Shown here in pieces: positions 50,939 to 61,899 of a DNA stretch of 64,000 nucleotides; the first letter of the stretch is position 1, and every line of letters starts with the position of its first letter. This DNA is from Clostridia bacterium (GTDB taxonomy: Bacteria > Bacillota > Clostridia > TANB77 > CAG-465). The DNA lies in assembly GCA_036653755.1 (NCBI GenBank), contig JAVVTJ010000001.1, positions 8,928 through 72,927 on the forward strand. Reading direction: 5' to 3'. Under the pieces are notes generated by a model. It did no database searches, was not told the DNA's origin, and saw only the letters and a program-made list of their open reading frames with translations. Made by a program: the position numbers and the translations under genes.

Positions 50939-51952
50939 ATGGAGTTTTATGGAATTACAAAAGAATTAATTGATAGAGCAAAGTTAGATAAAAAAAATAT
51001 AGTGTTACCTGAAAGTAATGATTTAAGAATATTAAAAGCTGCTGATATAATAAGTAGAGAAGATATTGCAAATATAACATTAATTGGAAGCTTAGAGGAA
51101 ATTGAATTTTTATGCAAAGCAAATAATATAGATTTAGATTTTACAAAAATAAAAGTTGAAAATCCGATTATAAGCCAAAAGAGAGATTTTTATATAAATG
51201 CATTATACGAGCTCCGAAAAAATAAAGGACTTTCAATGGTTGAAGCAATTGAGCTTATAAATAATAATATATATTTTGGAATAATGATGCTTAAAATAGG
51301 AGAATGTGATGGCTTAGTATGCGGTGCTAATCATTCTACAGCCGATACTTTAAGACCAGCTCTTCAAATTATAAAAGCTGCAAGTGGCGTTAAAAGTGTA
51401 TCTAGTTTCTTTTTAATGGATGTACCAAATTGTGATTTAGATTCTAATGGCAAATATATATTTTCTGATTGTGGCATTATTGAAAATCCAACAGAAGAAC
51501 AATTAGCTGATATTGCAATTGCATCTGCTAAAAGTTTTAAAAACTTAGTACAAAAAGAGCCTAAAGTAGCGCTACTTTCATATTCAACTAAAGGTAGTGC
51601 TAAGGGTGAAAATATTGATAAACTAGTAAATACATTAAATATTTTAAAAAAATTAGAAGTCGATTTTGATGTAGATGGTGAATTACAATTAGATGCGGCT
51701 ATAATTCCAGAAATAGCAAAGCTTAAAGTACCAAATTCTACAGTAGCGGGTAAGGCAAATGTTTTAATATTTCCAAATATAGAATCAGGAAATATAGGAT
51801 ATAAATTAGTTCAAAGATTTGCTAAATCAGTTGCAATAGGACCACTTACACAAGGTCTTGCAAAACCAGTAAATGATTTGTCTAGAGGATGTAGTGTAGA
51901 AGAAATTATAGGATCTGTTGCAGTAACATGTGTTCAAGCAACATTTAAATAA
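50939..51952 (+). CDS. pta: Phosphate acetyltransferase
   Basis: MEFYGITKELIDRAKLDKKNIVLPES... Pta family, 337 aa. ATG 50939 after GAGGTGG. Confidence 0.9.
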   Translation: MEFYGITKELIDRAKLDKKNIVLPESNDLRILKAADIISREDIANITLIGSLEEIEFLCKANNIDLDFTKIKVENPIISQKRDFYINALYELRKNKGLSMVEAIELINNNIYFGIMMLKIGECDGLVCGANHSTADTLRPALQIIKAASGVKSVSSFFLMDVPNCDLDSNGKYIFSDCGIIENPTEEQLADIAIASAKSFKNLVQKEPKVALLSYSTKGSAKGENIDKLVNTLNILKKLEVDFDVDGELQLDAAIIPEIAKLKVPNSTVAGKANVLIFPNIESGNIGYKLVQRFAKSVAIGPLTQGLAKPVNDLSRGCSVEEIIGSVAVTCVQATFK

Positions 51953-52008
51953 AAATATAATTAATAAATATAAATAGGTTTTTAAAAATAATATAGGGAG
52001 ATGAAGTT

Positions 52009-53214
52009 ATGAAAATTTTAGTTATAAATTGTGGAAGTTCCACTATAAAATTTCAGTTATACAATATGGATAATACAGATGTGATTGCAAAAGGTAGATG
52101 TGATAAAATAGGTTTAGATAGTTCTAATATTATATATAAAAATTTAAGAGATAACATATCATATACACAACTTGAACCAATGAAAGATCATACAGAAGCA
52201 ATGAATATTTTAATAAAACATCTTACAGATAAAGAAAAAGGTGTTATTGGTTCATTTAATGAAATATCTGCGGTAGGTCATAGAGTTGCTCATGGTGGTG
52301 AAATATTTAATAAAGCTACACTTGTTGATGAAAATGTTATAAAAGAAATAGATAAATTATCAGCACTTGCTCCATTACATAATCCAGGAGCTATTATAGG
52401 TATTAGAACTATACAGAAGATACAAAAAGATATGATAAATGTTGTTGTATTTGATACTGCTTTTCATCAAACAATACCAGATTACAATTATTTATATGCA
52501 ATTAAATATGAATATTATAAAAAATATAGCATAAGAAAATATGGATTTCATGGAACTTCATATATGTACATTGTAGATAGATTAACTAAAATACTAAATA
52601 AACCTAAAAACGAAATAAATGCTATAGTGTGTCATTTAGGTGGTGGCGCTAGTGTTTGTGCTATAAAAGATGGTAAATCATATGATACTTCTATGGGATT
52701 TACTCCACTTGAAGGATTAGTAATGGAGACTAGAAGTGGTGATATTGATGCTACTGTGGTTACAACTTTAATGAAAAATGAAAATTTAACAGCTGATGAA
52801 GTAAATACAATATTAAATAAAGAATCAGGAAGATTAGGACTTTGTGGTATAGGTGATCAAAGAGAATTAGAAAAAGCTGCAATAGATGGTAATGAGCAAG
52901 CTAAACTTACTAGAATTATACAATCAAATAGAACAAAAAAATATGTTGGATCATATATGGCAGAATTAAATAGAGTTGATGCAATAGTGTTTACTGCTGG
53001 TGTTGGTGAAAATGATGCTATGGAAAGAAAACTTATATTATCTAATATGGAAAATTTAGGTATAGAGTTTGATGAAATCCTTAATAAAGAAGGTTCAGGA
53101 AAAGAAACTTTAATTTCATCTAATAAATCTAAAATACCTATATATGTTATACCTACTGATGAAGAACTTGAAATAGCAAAACAAACTGAAGAAATATATA
53201 ACGAAAATAGATAA
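52009..53214 (+). CDS. ackA: Acetate kinase
   Basis: MKILVINCGSSTIKFQLY N-terminus, HGTSYMY, VHLGGGAS motifs. Confidence 0.95.
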   Translation: MKILVINCGSSTIKFQLYNMDNTDVIAKGRCDKIGLDSSNIIYKNLRDNISYTQLEPMKDHTEAMNILIKHLTDKEKGVIGSFNEISAVGHRVAHGGEIFNKATLVDENVIKEIDKLSALAPLHNPGAIIGIRTIQKIQKDMINVVVFDTAFHQTIPDYNYLYAIKYEYYKKYSIRKYGFHGTSYMYIVDRLTKILNKPKNEINAIVCHLGGGASVCAIKDGKSYDTSMGFTPLEGLVMETRSGDIDATVVTTLMKNENLTADEVNTILNKESGRLGLCGIGDQRELEKAAIDGNEQAKLTRIIQSNRTKKYVGSYMAELNRVDAIVFTAGVGENDAMERKLILSNMENLGIEFDEILNKEGSGKETLISSNKSKIPIYVIPTDEELEIAKQTEEIYNENR

Positions 53215-53228
53215 AAAAGGAAGTATAT

Positions 53229-54449
53229 ATGATTAATGATATTCTAAAAATACAAAAACTTTTAAAAAAAAATAATTTAAAATGTTGGGTAATAATAAAT
53301 AAAAATAATAAAGATAATATTTTTTATAAATATATTTCTAAAGATATATATACTTTATCTATGTGTTTTATAACTTTAAATAATACATATTTATTAATTC
53401 ATGATTTAGATAAAGATAATGTAAATTCTGAGTATTTAAAATTAAATAATATAAATGTTATATATTATACAGATATTAAGAGTATGTCTGATAAAGTTGA
53501 AGATATTATTTCATACATGGGATTTTTACCTAAAATTGCACTTTCTTATTCTACTATGTCAGATCCTGATATTGATATATTAGGGCATGGAGAATTTATT
53601 GAATATACATCAATGCTAAAAAAACCATATATAAAATATAAGAAGAAAATATCATTTAAAAGTGCAGAAAATGTTATATATGAATTACTTGGTGAAAAAA
53701 CAGAAAAACAAATTGAAAGAATTAAATTTGTTGCTTCAATTACTAATGAAATATTAGAAACTACATTTAAAACTATAAAAATAGGTATGACAGAGATAGA
53801 AATTGCAAATCATATAGTTGAAATCACTAAAAATATGACAATGAAATATTTAGGTAAAAATATTATATCATTTTCATTGGCATGGAATAATTGTCCTTTT
53901 GTATTAACTGGAATAAATTTGGCAAAAGGAGGACATACGCTTCCTAGTACAAAATGTTTAAAAAAAGGTGATACAATTTATTTTGATTTTGGTATATGTG
54001 CTACATTTTCTGATAAAGAAAAAATATATTCTGATATGCAAAGAATGGGATATGTTTTGAAAAAAGATGAAATATGTGCTCCAAAAGAAGTAAAGAAAGT
54101 ATTTGATACTTTAATTAAATCAATTGAAAATGTATTAGATTATATGAAGCCAGATGTTAAAGGTTATCAAATAGATGAAATAGTAAGAAGTGAAATATTA
54201 AAAGAAGGATATCCAAATTATAATCATGCAACAGGTCATCCAGTAGGACTTAAAGTACATGATATTGGAGCTATTTTATCATCAAGAATTAATAAAAGAG
54301 CAAATCTTGGATTAATTAAAAATGGTGTATATACAATAGAACCTAGAATTGCAATAGCAAATGGTGGTTCTATTGAAGAAATGGTTTTAGTTACAAAATT
54401 TGGTGCTGTTCCAGTATCTAATATGCAAAAAGAAATATATTTAGTTTAA
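53229..54449 (+). CDS. M24-family Xaa-Pro aminopeptidase/dipeptidase
   Basis: C-terminal pita-bread domain with HATGHPVGLKVHD metal-binding motif. Confidence 0.7.
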   Translation: MINDILKIQKLLKKNNLKCWVIINKNNKDNIFYKYISKDIYTLSMCFITLNNTYLLIHDLDKDNVNSEYLKLNNINVIYYTDIKSMSDKVEDIISYMGFLPKIALSYSTMSDPDIDILGHGEFIEYTSMLKKPYIKYKKKISFKSAENVIYELLGEKTEKQIERIKFVASITNEILETTFKTIKIGMTEIEIANHIVEITKNMTMKYLGKNIISFSLAWNNCPFVLTGINLAKGGHTLPSTKCLKKGDTIYFDFGICATFSDKEKIYSDMQRMGYVLKKDEICAPKEVKKVFDTLIKSIENVLDYMKPDVKGYQIDEIVRSEILKEGYPNYNHATGHPVGLKVHDIGAILSSRINKRANLGLIKNGVYTIEPRIAIANGGSIEEMVLVTKFGAVPVSNMQKEIYLV

Positions 54450-54468
54450 AATATGGAGGATTGGTAAT

Positions 54469-55848
54469 ATGAGTTTAAAATATGAAAAAAAGAATGTTTA
54501 TGAAAGTTTATCTAATGAAGAAATATCTAAAATGAATAATTTTATTAAAGGATATGTAAATTTTTTAGGAAAAGCTAAGACTGAATATAAATCTGTAGAG
54601 TTTACAATTAATTTACTTAAAGAGGCAGGATTTATTGATATTAATACTTTAAAAACTTTAAAGGTAGGAGATAAAGTATATTTTATAAATAAAGAAAAAT
54701 CGTTATATGCTGCTGTTATTGGTATGGAAGATATTAGTAATGGATTAAATATAATTGGAGCACATATTGATAGTCCAAGACTTGACTTAAAACCAATGCC
54801 ACTTTATGAAAATAAAGGTGCAGGACTTTTAAAGACTCAATATTATGGTGGAATTAAAAAATATCAATGGCTTGCAATTCCTCTTAGTATGTATGGTATT
54901 ATATATACATCAGAAGGCAAAAAGTTAGATATTGTAATTGGAGAAGAAGAAACTGACCCTTGTTTTACAATATCAGATTTATTGCCACATTTAGCAAAAA
55001 ATCAAATGAAATTAAATGCAAATGAATTTATTGATCCAGAAAAAATGTCAATTCTTTTTGGTAGTTTTAAGTCAGGAGATAAAGATAAAGAAACAAATAA
55101 TGTTAAAGAAAATATATTAAAATTATTAAAAAGTAAATATGGTATAACTGAAATAGATTTTGCAAGAAGTGAAATTGAATTTGTTCCATCATTTAAACCT
55201 AAATATATTGGTTTAGATTCTAGTATGATTGGTGGTTATGGCCAAGATGATAGAGTATGTGCGTATGCTACTATTAAAGCTTTAATAGATTTATCTGCTA
55301 CAAAATTAAATAAAACTTCTGTAGCAATGATTGTAGATAAAGAAGAAATAGGTAGTATAGGTAATACATCGATGAATTCAAATATATTTGATATGTTTAT
55401 TAATAAATTATTAAAACTAAAAAATGAAAATGAAGATTTATTTAATATATATTATAATTCAAAAATGTTATCTGCTGATGTTTCAACATGTGTAGATCCT
55501 TGTTATGAGGAAGTTTCAGATATTCAAAATGCAAATATTTTAGGATGTGGTGTATCACTTGAAAAATATACAGGTAGTGGTGGGAAATATAATTCTAGTG
55601 ATGCAAATGCAAAATATGTATCAGAAGTTATGAATATATTTGATAAAAACAATGTTATGTTTCAAATGGGAACATTAGGTAAAATTGAAAAAGGTGGCGG
55701 AGGTACAATTGCATATATTTTAGCAAATAAAGGTGTAGATGTAATAGATTGTGGTACACCAATACTTTCAATGCATTCTCCTTTTGAAGTAGCATCTATT
55801 TCAGATATATATATGACATATAAAGCATACATAGCATTTTTTAAATAA
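54469..55848 (+). CDS. M18-family aminopeptidase
   Basis: 459 aa, GAHIDSPRLDLKP and GYGQDDRVCAYA motifs typical of M18 aminopeptidases. Confidence 0.7.
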   Translation: MSLKYEKKNVYESLSNEEISKMNNFIKGYVNFLGKAKTEYKSVEFTINLLKEAGFIDINTLKTLKVGDKVYFINKEKSLYAAVIGMEDISNGLNIIGAHIDSPRLDLKPMPLYENKGAGLLKTQYYGGIKKYQWLAIPLSMYGIIYTSEGKKLDIVIGEEETDPCFTISDLLPHLAKNQMKLNANEFIDPEKMSILFGSFKSGDKDKETNNVKENILKLLKSKYGITEIDFARSEIEFVPSFKPKYIGLDSSMIGGYGQDDRVCAYATIKALIDLSATKLNKTSVAMIVDKEEIGSIGNTSMNSNIFDMFINKLLKLKNENEDLFNIYYNSKMLSADVSTCVDPCYEEVSDIQNANILGCGVSLEKYTGSGGKYNSSDANAKYVSEVMNIFDKNNVMFQMGTLGKIEKGGGGTIAYILANKGVDVIDCGTPILSMHSPFEVASISDIYMTYKAYIAFFK

Positions 55849-55855
55849 AGTTAAT

Positions 55856-55893
55856 AAAAAATGAAATATACTTTGATATATTTCATTTTTTTA
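55856..55893 (+). terminator. Rho-independent terminator
   Basis: aaaaaatgaaatata/atatatttcattttttt. Confidence 0.65.
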
Positions 55894-55911
55894 TAATAAG
55901 GAGGATCCACA

Positions 55912-57021
55912 ATGTTTAAAACACTATTAAAAAACACAGATTATGTAATACTTGCAGTTGTATTAATTTTGTTTGCAATTGGAGTAATTGGTATATATAG
56001 TGCAGGTTATAATACAACAATTAATAAAGATGAATATATTAAACAATTGATATGGTTTAGTGTAATGATTATTGCTATGATTATAATATGGGCAGTAGAT
56101 TATAATACATTTGATATATTTGGATATGTAATATATTTTTTTAGTTTAATTGCACTGATTGCAGTTTTGTTTACATCATCACTTATGGGAGCTAATAGTT
56201 GGTTTAATTTAGGACCTTTTTTATATCAACCATCAGAACTTATGAAAATTGGATATATACTATGTATATCAAAAGTATTGAGTTTATTTGCAGGAGATAT
56301 ATTAACTAAAAAACAAAAGATAATTAAAATATCATTAGTATCAATTATGTTTATTTTACCTTTTGTTTTAATATTATTACAACCAGATTTTGGAACAGCT
56401 GCGGTATTTTTAGTAATAACATTTTTTATATTATTTTCAAGTGGTTTAAAATATAGATATATATTTGGTATAATTGCTACTATACTTATATTAGCACCAT
56501 TAGTTTATTTTTTTATATTAAATCCAGTGCAACAAGATCGAATACTTGTATTTTTAAATCCAGAACTTGATCCATTAGGTAGTGGATATAACGCAATACA
56601 ATCTAAAATTGCAGTAGGTTCTGGTATGATATTTGGAACAGGACTACTTAAAGGAACACAAACACAATTTGGATATTTACCAATTAAATCTTCTGATTTT
56701 ATATTTTCAGTATTATCTGAAGAATTAGGATTTGTAATGTCAGTTTTAATAGTTTTATTATATGTTATACTTATTATAAGATTAATTAAAGTAGCATCTG
56801 AGGCAAATGATAATTTTGCTAGATATATAGTAATAGGAATAACAGGAATGATATTTTTTCATTTTGTACAAAATATTGGTATGACAATTGGATTATTACC
56901 TATTACTGGTGTACCGCTTCCATTTGTAAGTTATGGTGGTAGCAGTTTGATGACAAATTTGATTGCTATAGCAATTGTACTTAATATATCTGCTAGAAAA
57001 AATAAAAGTTTTTTATTTTGA
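55912..57021 (+). CDS. SEDS-family peptidoglycan glycosyltransferase (RodA/FtsW)
   Basis: 10-TM protein with conserved SEDS loop (LQPDFGTA, PFVSYGGSS). Confidence 0.85.
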   Translation: MFKTLLKNTDYVILAVVLILFAIGVIGIYSAGYNTTINKDEYIKQLIWFSVMIIAMIIIWAVDYNTFDIFGYVIYFFSLIALIAVLFTSSLMGANSWFNLGPFLYQPSELMKIGYILCISKVLSLFAGDILTKKQKIIKISLVSIMFILPFVLILLQPDFGTAAVFLVITFFILFSSGLKYRYIFGIIATILILAPLVYFFILNPVQQDRILVFLNPELDPLGSGYNAIQSKIAVGSGMIFGTGLLKGTQTQFGYLPIKSSDFIFSVLSEELGFVMSVLIVLLYVILIIRLIKVASEANDNFARYIVIGITGMIFFHFVQNIGMTIGLLPITGVPLPFVSYGGSSLMTNLIAIAIVLNISARKNKSFLF

Positions 57022-57030
57022 GGAGAAAAG

Positions 57031-57549
57031 ATGAAAAAAAAATTAGTTAAATTTATATTAATATCAATATTAATTATAATATTATGTGTTATATATTTAT
57101 TCTATATAAATAGTAATGAATATAAAAAAGAACATAAAATAAAAGTTGTAGAAAATATGAATATATTAGTAAATGATATTTATGTATCAAATACTAATCT
57201 TTCTAGCTATAACTGGAATGAAGGTAAAATAGAAGAAGGATTAGAAGAAATAATAAAAGTAGATAATATAAATATAAATGATATTAATGTTATAAATATA
57301 AATAATTTAGATATTCTTAAATTTACTTTAAATAGTAGAAAATATTCTAGTAATAAATATAAAATACAGTCTGCTCATATTGAGTTATATTTAAATGATA
57401 AATTATTTATGACATATAAATCAAAAATAGAAGATAATAATATAATTTTAAAAGAAAAAATAGAGCCTAATAATTATATTTGTAAATTAAATGTAATATT
57501 TAAAAATAGAGGTAATGTAGAGCAAACTTTTAAATTAAATGTAAAATAA
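57031..57549 (+). CDS. Hypothetical protein with N-terminal TM anchor
   Basis: 172 aa, MKKKLVKFILISILIIILCVIYLF then Asn/Ile-rich domain. GAGGAG RBS. Confidence 0.45.
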   Translation: MKKKLVKFILISILIIILCVIYLFYINSNEYKKEHKIKVVENMNILVNDIYVSNTNLSSYNWNEGKIEEGLEEIIKVDNININDINVININNLDILKFTLNSRKYSSNKYKIQSAHIELYLNDKLFMTYKSKIEDNNIILKEKIEPNNYICKLNVIFKNRGNVEQTFKLNVK

Positions 57550-57570
57550 TTAAATAACTTAAAATTTAAG

Positions 57571-58200
57571 TTATTTAATTATTATTCCAAGTATTTTTAT
57601 AAATTCTAAAGCTTGTAACTCAGTCATAATAGATCCTTTTAAATCTTCAGTATATACAGTTATTCCGTTTATATTATTACTAGATAAATCAATACTATTT
57701 AATTTAGTTTTTGAAAAATTTACATATTCAAAATTACATTTTTCAAATTGTATATTTTTAAAGTTATTTTCTGTTATATTACTATCTTTAAAATTTGTAT
57801 TTAAAAACTCACTATTTGTAATTTTTGAATTATCAAAATATATATTTTTAAAATTAGAGCTATCAATTATTACATTATCAAAATAACTTCTAGATAAGTT
57901 ACTTCCAGCTAATTTACATTCTAAAAACATTACATTTTTAAAAGTAGCACTGTTTAAATTTATATTAGATAAATCACAATTTTCAAAAATACAATTTGAA
58001 AAATATGCTTTTTCAAATATACAAGATATAAATTTCACATTTCTTAATTTACATCCTGTTATTTCTATATTATCAATATTTATTTTAATTATTTGTATAT
58101 TTTCAATTAAACATCCATCTATTATTTCATCATTTTCTAACATTTTTTGAATATTATTTATTTCATTTAAGTTTGTATTTAACTTTGGAAAGTTTATCAT
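57571..58200 (-). CDS. Pentapeptide-repeat protein
   Basis: Tandem A(D/N)LxX pentapeptides (CDLSNINLNSATFKNVMFLECKLAGSNLSRSYF...). Confidence 0.7.
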   Translation of the reverse strand: MINFPKLNTNLNEINNIQKMLENDEIIDGCLIENIQIIKINIDNIEITGCKLRNVKFISCIFEKAYFSNCIFENCDLSNINLNSATFKNVMFLECKLAGSNLSRSYFDNVIIDSSNFKNIYFDNSKITNSEFLNTNFKDSNITENNFKNIQFEKCNFEYVNFSKTKLNSIDLSSNNINGITVYTEDLKGSIMTELQALEFIKILGIIIK

Positions 58201-58332
58201 GTTGTCACTTCCTTTTGTATATTATATATAACTTAAACAACTTTGTCAATTAAAAATATATATTTATCTTATCTACTTGAATAATTACATAATTCAATGT
58301 ATAATAATATATATAATTTGGAGGATAAAGAT

Positions 58333-58767
58333 ATGAAAAATAAACAAGGTGTAACTTTAATAGTACTTCTTACAGCTCTTACAGTTATGTTAGTTATAAT
58401 ATCATCAGCTACTGTTATAGGTGTAGATAGTATTAATTCAGCAAATTTTGAAGAATATAAAGGATCAATTGGAAGAGTTAAAGATAATGTTAATCAGTAT
58501 TATTTAGAAAATGGTGTTTTACCTATAACCAAAGAAATTGTTTCAGCTACATCACTAGAAGGAAGTTTTGTAAACGCTATAAACAATAATTCTGATGAAA
58601 ACAATAAACTATATGTTATAGATATTTCACTTCTTAAAAACGATACTATACGAGCTGGAAAGGGCAGTGTATTTAATAAAGATGTATATGTTGTTAGTGA
58701 AAATACAAACAATATATATTATTTAAAAGGTTTTAAATATAAAGGAAAAATAATTTATGATAATTAA
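58333..58767 (+). CDS. Small secreted/pseudopilin-like protein (non-canonical class III signal)
   Basis: ATG 58333 after GGAGGA. MKNKQGVTLIVLLTALTVMLVIISS resembles a prepilin leader (KxG then hydrophobic) but has V at +1 and no Glu at +5. Confidence 0.4.
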   Translation: MKNKQGVTLIVLLTALTVMLVIISSATVIGVDSINSANFEEYKGSIGRVKDNVNQYYLENGVLPITKEIVSATSLEGSFVNAINNNSDENNKLYVIDISLLKNDTIRAGKGSVFNKDVYVVSENTNNIYYLKGFKYKGKIIYDN

Positions 58768-59743
58768 TAGAATGCAACAATATATACATAAAATTAAAAT
58801 AGGTAATGTAGAAGTTAAAAATAATGTATTTTTAGCTCCTATGGCTGGTGTTACAGATTTAGCATTCAGAGAAATAGTACGTAAGTACTCCCCTGGTTTA
58901 ACATTTACTGAAATGGCTAGTAGTAAAGCTATGGAATTTGGTAGTGATAAAACAAAAAAGCTCCTTTCTATATTAGATATAGAAAAACCATCAATAGTTC
59001 AAATATTTGGTAGTGATGTAAACACAATTAAAAATATGATAATTAAATTAAATGATTATGATAATATAGATATTATAGATATTAATATGGGATGTCCTGC
59101 ACCTAAATTAGTTAAAAATGGTGATGGAGCAGGATTATTACTTAATTTAGATAATGTTAAAAATATACTTACAGAAGCTGTTAAAGTATCAAAAAAACCA
59201 ATTACAGTAAAAACTAGAACAGGTATTGATGATGATATAATAACTGCTGTAAAAGTAGCTCGTATTGCAGAAGAAGCAGGAGTTAGTATGATTACAATTC
59301 ATGGTAGGACAAGGAATCAATATTATTCAGGTGTTTGTGATTTAGATATTATAAAAGAAGTTAAAGAAAGTGTTTCAATACCTGTTATTGGTAATGGAGA
59401 TATAACAGACATTGAAAGTGCTATACATATGTTTGAATATACTGGTTGTGATGGTATAATGATAGCAAGAGCATCTCAAGGTAATCCTTGGATTTTTAAG
59501 AGTATTTTAGAAGGAAAAACATATATTCCAACTAATAAAGAAAAACTTTCTGTTATTTTAAAACATATAGATTTAGCTTGTAAATATGATGGAGAAAAAT
59601 TAAGTAAGTTAAAACTTAGAAAACATTTAGCATGGTATTTAAAAGGAATTACAGAAGGTAGTAAATATAGAGAAAAAATAAATACATCTGATAGTATAGA
59701 TGAGTTAATAGATATAGTTAAGGATGCTTTAAATGAAAAATAG
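58757..59743 (+). CDS. dusB: tRNA-dihydrouridine synthase (DusB-like)
   Basis: LAPMAGVTDLAFREI FMN-binding N-terminus, TIM-barrel Dus family. ATG 58772 is an alternative start. Confidence 0.85.
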   Translation: MIINRMQQYIHKIKIGNVEVKNNVFLAPMAGVTDLAFREIVRKYSPGLTFTEMASSKAMEFGSDKTKKLLSILDIEKPSIVQIFGSDVNTIKNMIIKLNDYDNIDIIDINMGCPAPKLVKNGDGAGLLLNLDNVKNILTEAVKVSKKPITVKTRTGIDDDIITAVKVARIAEEAGVSMITIHGRTRNQYYSGVCDLDIIKEVKESVSIPVIGNGDITDIESAIHMFEYTGCDGIMIARASQGNPWIFKSILEGKTYIPTNKEKLSVILKHIDLACKYDGEKLSKLKLRKHLAWYLKGITEGSKYREKINTSDSIDELIDIVKDALNEK

Positions 59744-60509
59744 ACAAGAAATATTAGATAAATATAAAGTAAAAGAAGAGAGAATATTTGTAAGTAACAT
59801 ATTAGATAAAATAAATAAATTTGAAATAACGAATAATATTATTTATACTAATTTTTTAAATTTAAATGAATTTAATATAGCAACAAATTTAATTAATCAA
59901 TTTAATATAAATTATACGTATTTTTCTTTAAATGATATATTAGAAAAAAGGTCAATTGCTATAATTCCTGAATATATAAAACAATGTAATTTTGAAAATA
60001 TATCTTGTATTAAAGTTAAAAATAATTCTCAAATTAAATTATTACATAAAGATTATATGGGAGCAATTTATAATATTGGCATAGCAGAAGATATGATAGG
60101 TGATATAATTGTAAAAGAAAATATCGCATATATATTTTTAATGAAAAGTATTTTAGAGTATGTATTATTAAATTTTAATAAAGTAGGAAATATAAAAGTA
60201 GAAATTGAAACTATTGATATAAATAATATTGATATTTCATATAATTTTGAAGATATAAATATAATAGTATCTTCAAAAAGAATTGATATAGTTTTATCAC
60301 ATTTATATAATTTAAGTAGAAATGAAATAGATAAAAAAATATTAAAAAATGAGTTAGTTATTAATTCTAAAATTATAAATAATAAAACATATTTAATTAA
60401 AGAAAATGATATTATAGCTTTTAAAAAATGTGGTAAATTTAAATATATAGGAATAAGTAAAACTACAAAAACAGGTAATTTAGTTATTAATATAAAGAAA
60501 TATTCTTAA
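59733..60509 (+). CDS. YlmH-like RNA-binding S4-domain protein
   Basis: 258 aa. C-terminal S4-like segment (RIDIVLSHLYNLSRNEIDKKILKNELVINSK). Confidence 0.5.
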   Translation: MKNRQEILDKYKVKEERIFVSNILDKINKFEITNNIIYTNFLNLNEFNIATNLINQFNINYTYFSLNDILEKRSIAIIPEYIKQCNFENISCIKVKNNSQIKLLHKDYMGAIYNIGIAEDMIGDIIVKENIAYIFLMKSILEYVLLNFNKVGNIKVEIETIDINNIDISYNFEDINIIVSSKRIDIVLSHLYNLSRNEIDKKILKNELVINSKIINNKTYLIKENDIIAFKKCGKFKYIGISKTTKTGNLVINIKKYS

Positions 60510-60584
60510 AATAATATAAATACTAATTTGACAAGAGTAAATAATTGCAAAGAAATAGATAACATATTAAAATAGGAGGAGAAT

Positions 60585-61899
60585 GTGAAAACAGTAGCTT
60601 TTTATACATTAGGATGTAAAGTAAACCAATATGAAACAAATTTAATGATAAAACAATTTGAAGATAATAAATATACAGTTATTGATTTTGAAAATAAACC
60701 GGATGTTTTTGTTATTAATTCATGTAGTGTTACAAATTTATCAACAAGAAAAACAAGACAAATTTTAAGTAGAGCAAGAAAATTAAATGATAAAGCTGTT
60801 ATAATTTTAGTGGGTTGTTATGCAGAAGAAATTAATTTTGAAAATACAAATAAGTTAATAAATAATGCAGATATAATATTAGGAAATGAAGAGAAAAAAA
60901 ATATTGTAGAATATTTGAATAATTATATTCAAAATAAAGATGTTTTAAATAATAAAATGTTTAAAGTTGAAGATATTTCAAAAGTTAAAAGATATGTTCA
61001 AAAAGATAAATTAGAAAAAAGTATTACAGTTAGAGAGAGTATTAAAATAGAAGATGGTTGTAATAATTTTTGTTCGTATTGTATAATACCATATACACGA
61101 GGTAGAGTTAGAAGTAGAAGTTTAGAAGATATAGTTTGTGAAGTAAAAAATGTAGCTAAAAATGGTAGTTGTGAAATTATTTTAGTTGGAATAGAAATTG
61201 CATCTTATGGTTTAGATTTAAAAGATGATATTTCTCTTATTGATGTAATAGAACAGTTAGATAAAATATCTGAATTAAAACGTATTAGACTTCGGTTCTA
61301 TTGAGCCTAGATGGCTTACTGATAATAATATTGAAAGATTAAGTAAAGTAAAAAAATTATGTAATCATTTTCATTTATCTGTTCAAAGTTTAAGTAATTC
61401 TGTTTTAAAGCGAATGAATAGAAAATATACAAGAGAATATTTATTTGATATTACACAAAAAATAAGAGATAAATTTGAAGATGTAACCTTTACTTGTGAT
61501 ATTATAGTAGGATATATTGATGAAACTGATGAAGAATTTTTAGAAACATTAGAAGGTGTAAAAAAAATAAGATTTAGTGATATACATGTATTTAAATTTT
61601 CTAAAAGAAGCCATACAAGAGCATATAATTTAGATAGTAGTGTTGATGGTAATGTAGCATTAAAAAGAAGTGAAGAATTAATAGAATTAGGTAATAAATT
61701 AAAAATAGAAGTTTTAAATAAATATTTAGGTCAAAATATAAAAGTTTTATTTGAAGAATATAAAGATGGATATTTATATGGATATACATCAAATTATATT
61801 AAAGTAAAAGTTAAGGGGGATAAAAACTTATGGGGAAAAATTCAAGAATTAAAATTAATCTCATTAGAAAAAGATTTAATTTTAGGACAGATAAAATAA
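60585..61899 (+). pseudogene. mtaB: MiaB-family tRNA methylthiotransferase (MtaB-like), interrupted by +1 frameshift at CGG 61293-61295
   Basis: UPF0004 N-domain (VAFYTLGCKVNQYE), radical-SAM CNNFCSYCIIP. ORF ends ...RIRLRFY*. The +1 frame continues GSIEPRWLTDN...TRAYNL... (TRAM). Removing the C of ctt-CGG-ttc gives canonical RIRLGSIEP. Confidence 0.7.

Noticed and set aside
61830-61899. Large overlap between the mtaB 3' end and the CapA-like gene start
   Set aside because: No alternative in-frame ATG or good RBS downstream. Kept the annotated start but flagged it as uncertain rather than calling a gene fusion.
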